Source of the DNA: Psammoneis japonica
Taxonomy: Eukaryota
Length of the DNA stretch: 64,000 nt
Direction: 5' to 3'
Assembly: GCA_008632985.1 (NCBI GenBank)
Contig: QPGO01000033.1
Location: 558,001 to 622,000, forward strand
The notes under the pieces were generated by a model. The model did not search any database. It was not told where the DNA came from and saw nothing but the letters and a program-made list of their open reading frames with translations. Within the stretch, counting starts at the first letter, position 1. The number at the start of each line of letters is the position of its first letter. The position numbers and the translations under genes were made by a program. Shown here piece by piece: positions 63,265 to 64,000 of the stretch.

Positions 63265-64000
63265 GGAGGCGCGCCGGACTCTCACCGCTGACCTTCCGTC
63301 ACTCTCAGAAATGATGGAAAACCAAAAACCTGCTCCCACCTCCAAAGGCCCTTTGTCCAAACTGCGTTCCTCTCCTCCGTCTGTTTCGGGCAAATCTTCC
63401 TGCAGTTGCGTCTCCTCCCAGCAACCCTGATGACATGTCGTGGCTGGACAAGTCCACACTCTGCAATCACTTTGACCTGTCCAAGTGTCGGCCCGCCACC
63501 ACCGAGGAAGTTGCTTCTCATTTGTCACACCTGCACATCATTGACAAAGCCACCAACACTGATCAGTTTCTTCGTCATTCCGCTGACTTTCACCTGGCAG
63601 ACAACTTGCGGGAAAACTGGCACACGTTCTCAAACAATGCGCCTTCATGTGATTCCGCCACCGCATCTTGTGTCCGAACCAAGCACCCTCCTGACCTTGA
63701 TCACTTCTCCAAGGAACTCTCCATTGCCAGACAAGCCAACTCTCTGTGCAAAGGGCACTTTGGGTGCATTCGTGTGTGCATTCCTGCCCTCCTTGGAGAG
63801 AGTGAGCTGCGGGATGAATTTGCAGCGGGTGCGTTTGATGATGCAAAACTGGTCATGGACAGGGGAGACGTTTCGACATTGGACACATTCCAGGTCTAGG
63901 TGGGACCTCACACTGCTGAACTGTGACATCGACAGTTTTTTGAATCGCGTCGTGTGTCGCGCACGTACATTTCTGCGTGATGTTGGCAAAATTTTGCATG

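Noticed and set aside
7850..64000. CpG deamination alone as the cause of the TG/CA excess
   Set aside because: It contributes (Arg->Cys/His, gacgcg->gatgca) but cannot remove TpA or turn conserved Tyr into Cys or His.
7850..64000. Classical fungal RIP or APOBEC-type editing
   Set aside because: These are C->T processes that lower GC, and RIP adds TpA and stop codons; the opposite is seen here.

Overview
Eukaryotic DNA, most likely from a diatom (inferred from CoDi-type Ty1/copia elements and short introns with CTCAC/CTAAC branch points). Bases 1-7.8 kb hold three intact host genes: an SLC10-type Na+/bile-acid symporter-like gene with one intron, a voltage-sensor-only KCNH/CNG-like protein and a cytochrome P450. 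A 1.4-kb degenerate island lies between the first two. From about 7.85 kb to the end the window is nested repeat DNA: four copia families, DIRS-like, non-LTR and Harbinger-like fragments, a MITE family with 4-bp TSDs, two minisatellites and a ~15-kb decayed multi-gene cassette. The strongest signal is that repeat DNA has lost almost every TpA dinucleotide through TA->TG and TA->CA transitions on both strands, so conserved Tyr codons read Cys or His. Neighbouring host genes are unaffected, and the youngest nested retroelement is only partly converted. This looks like a repeat-targeted hypermutation running opposite to fungal RIP. The mechanism is inference, and all counts were made by eye.
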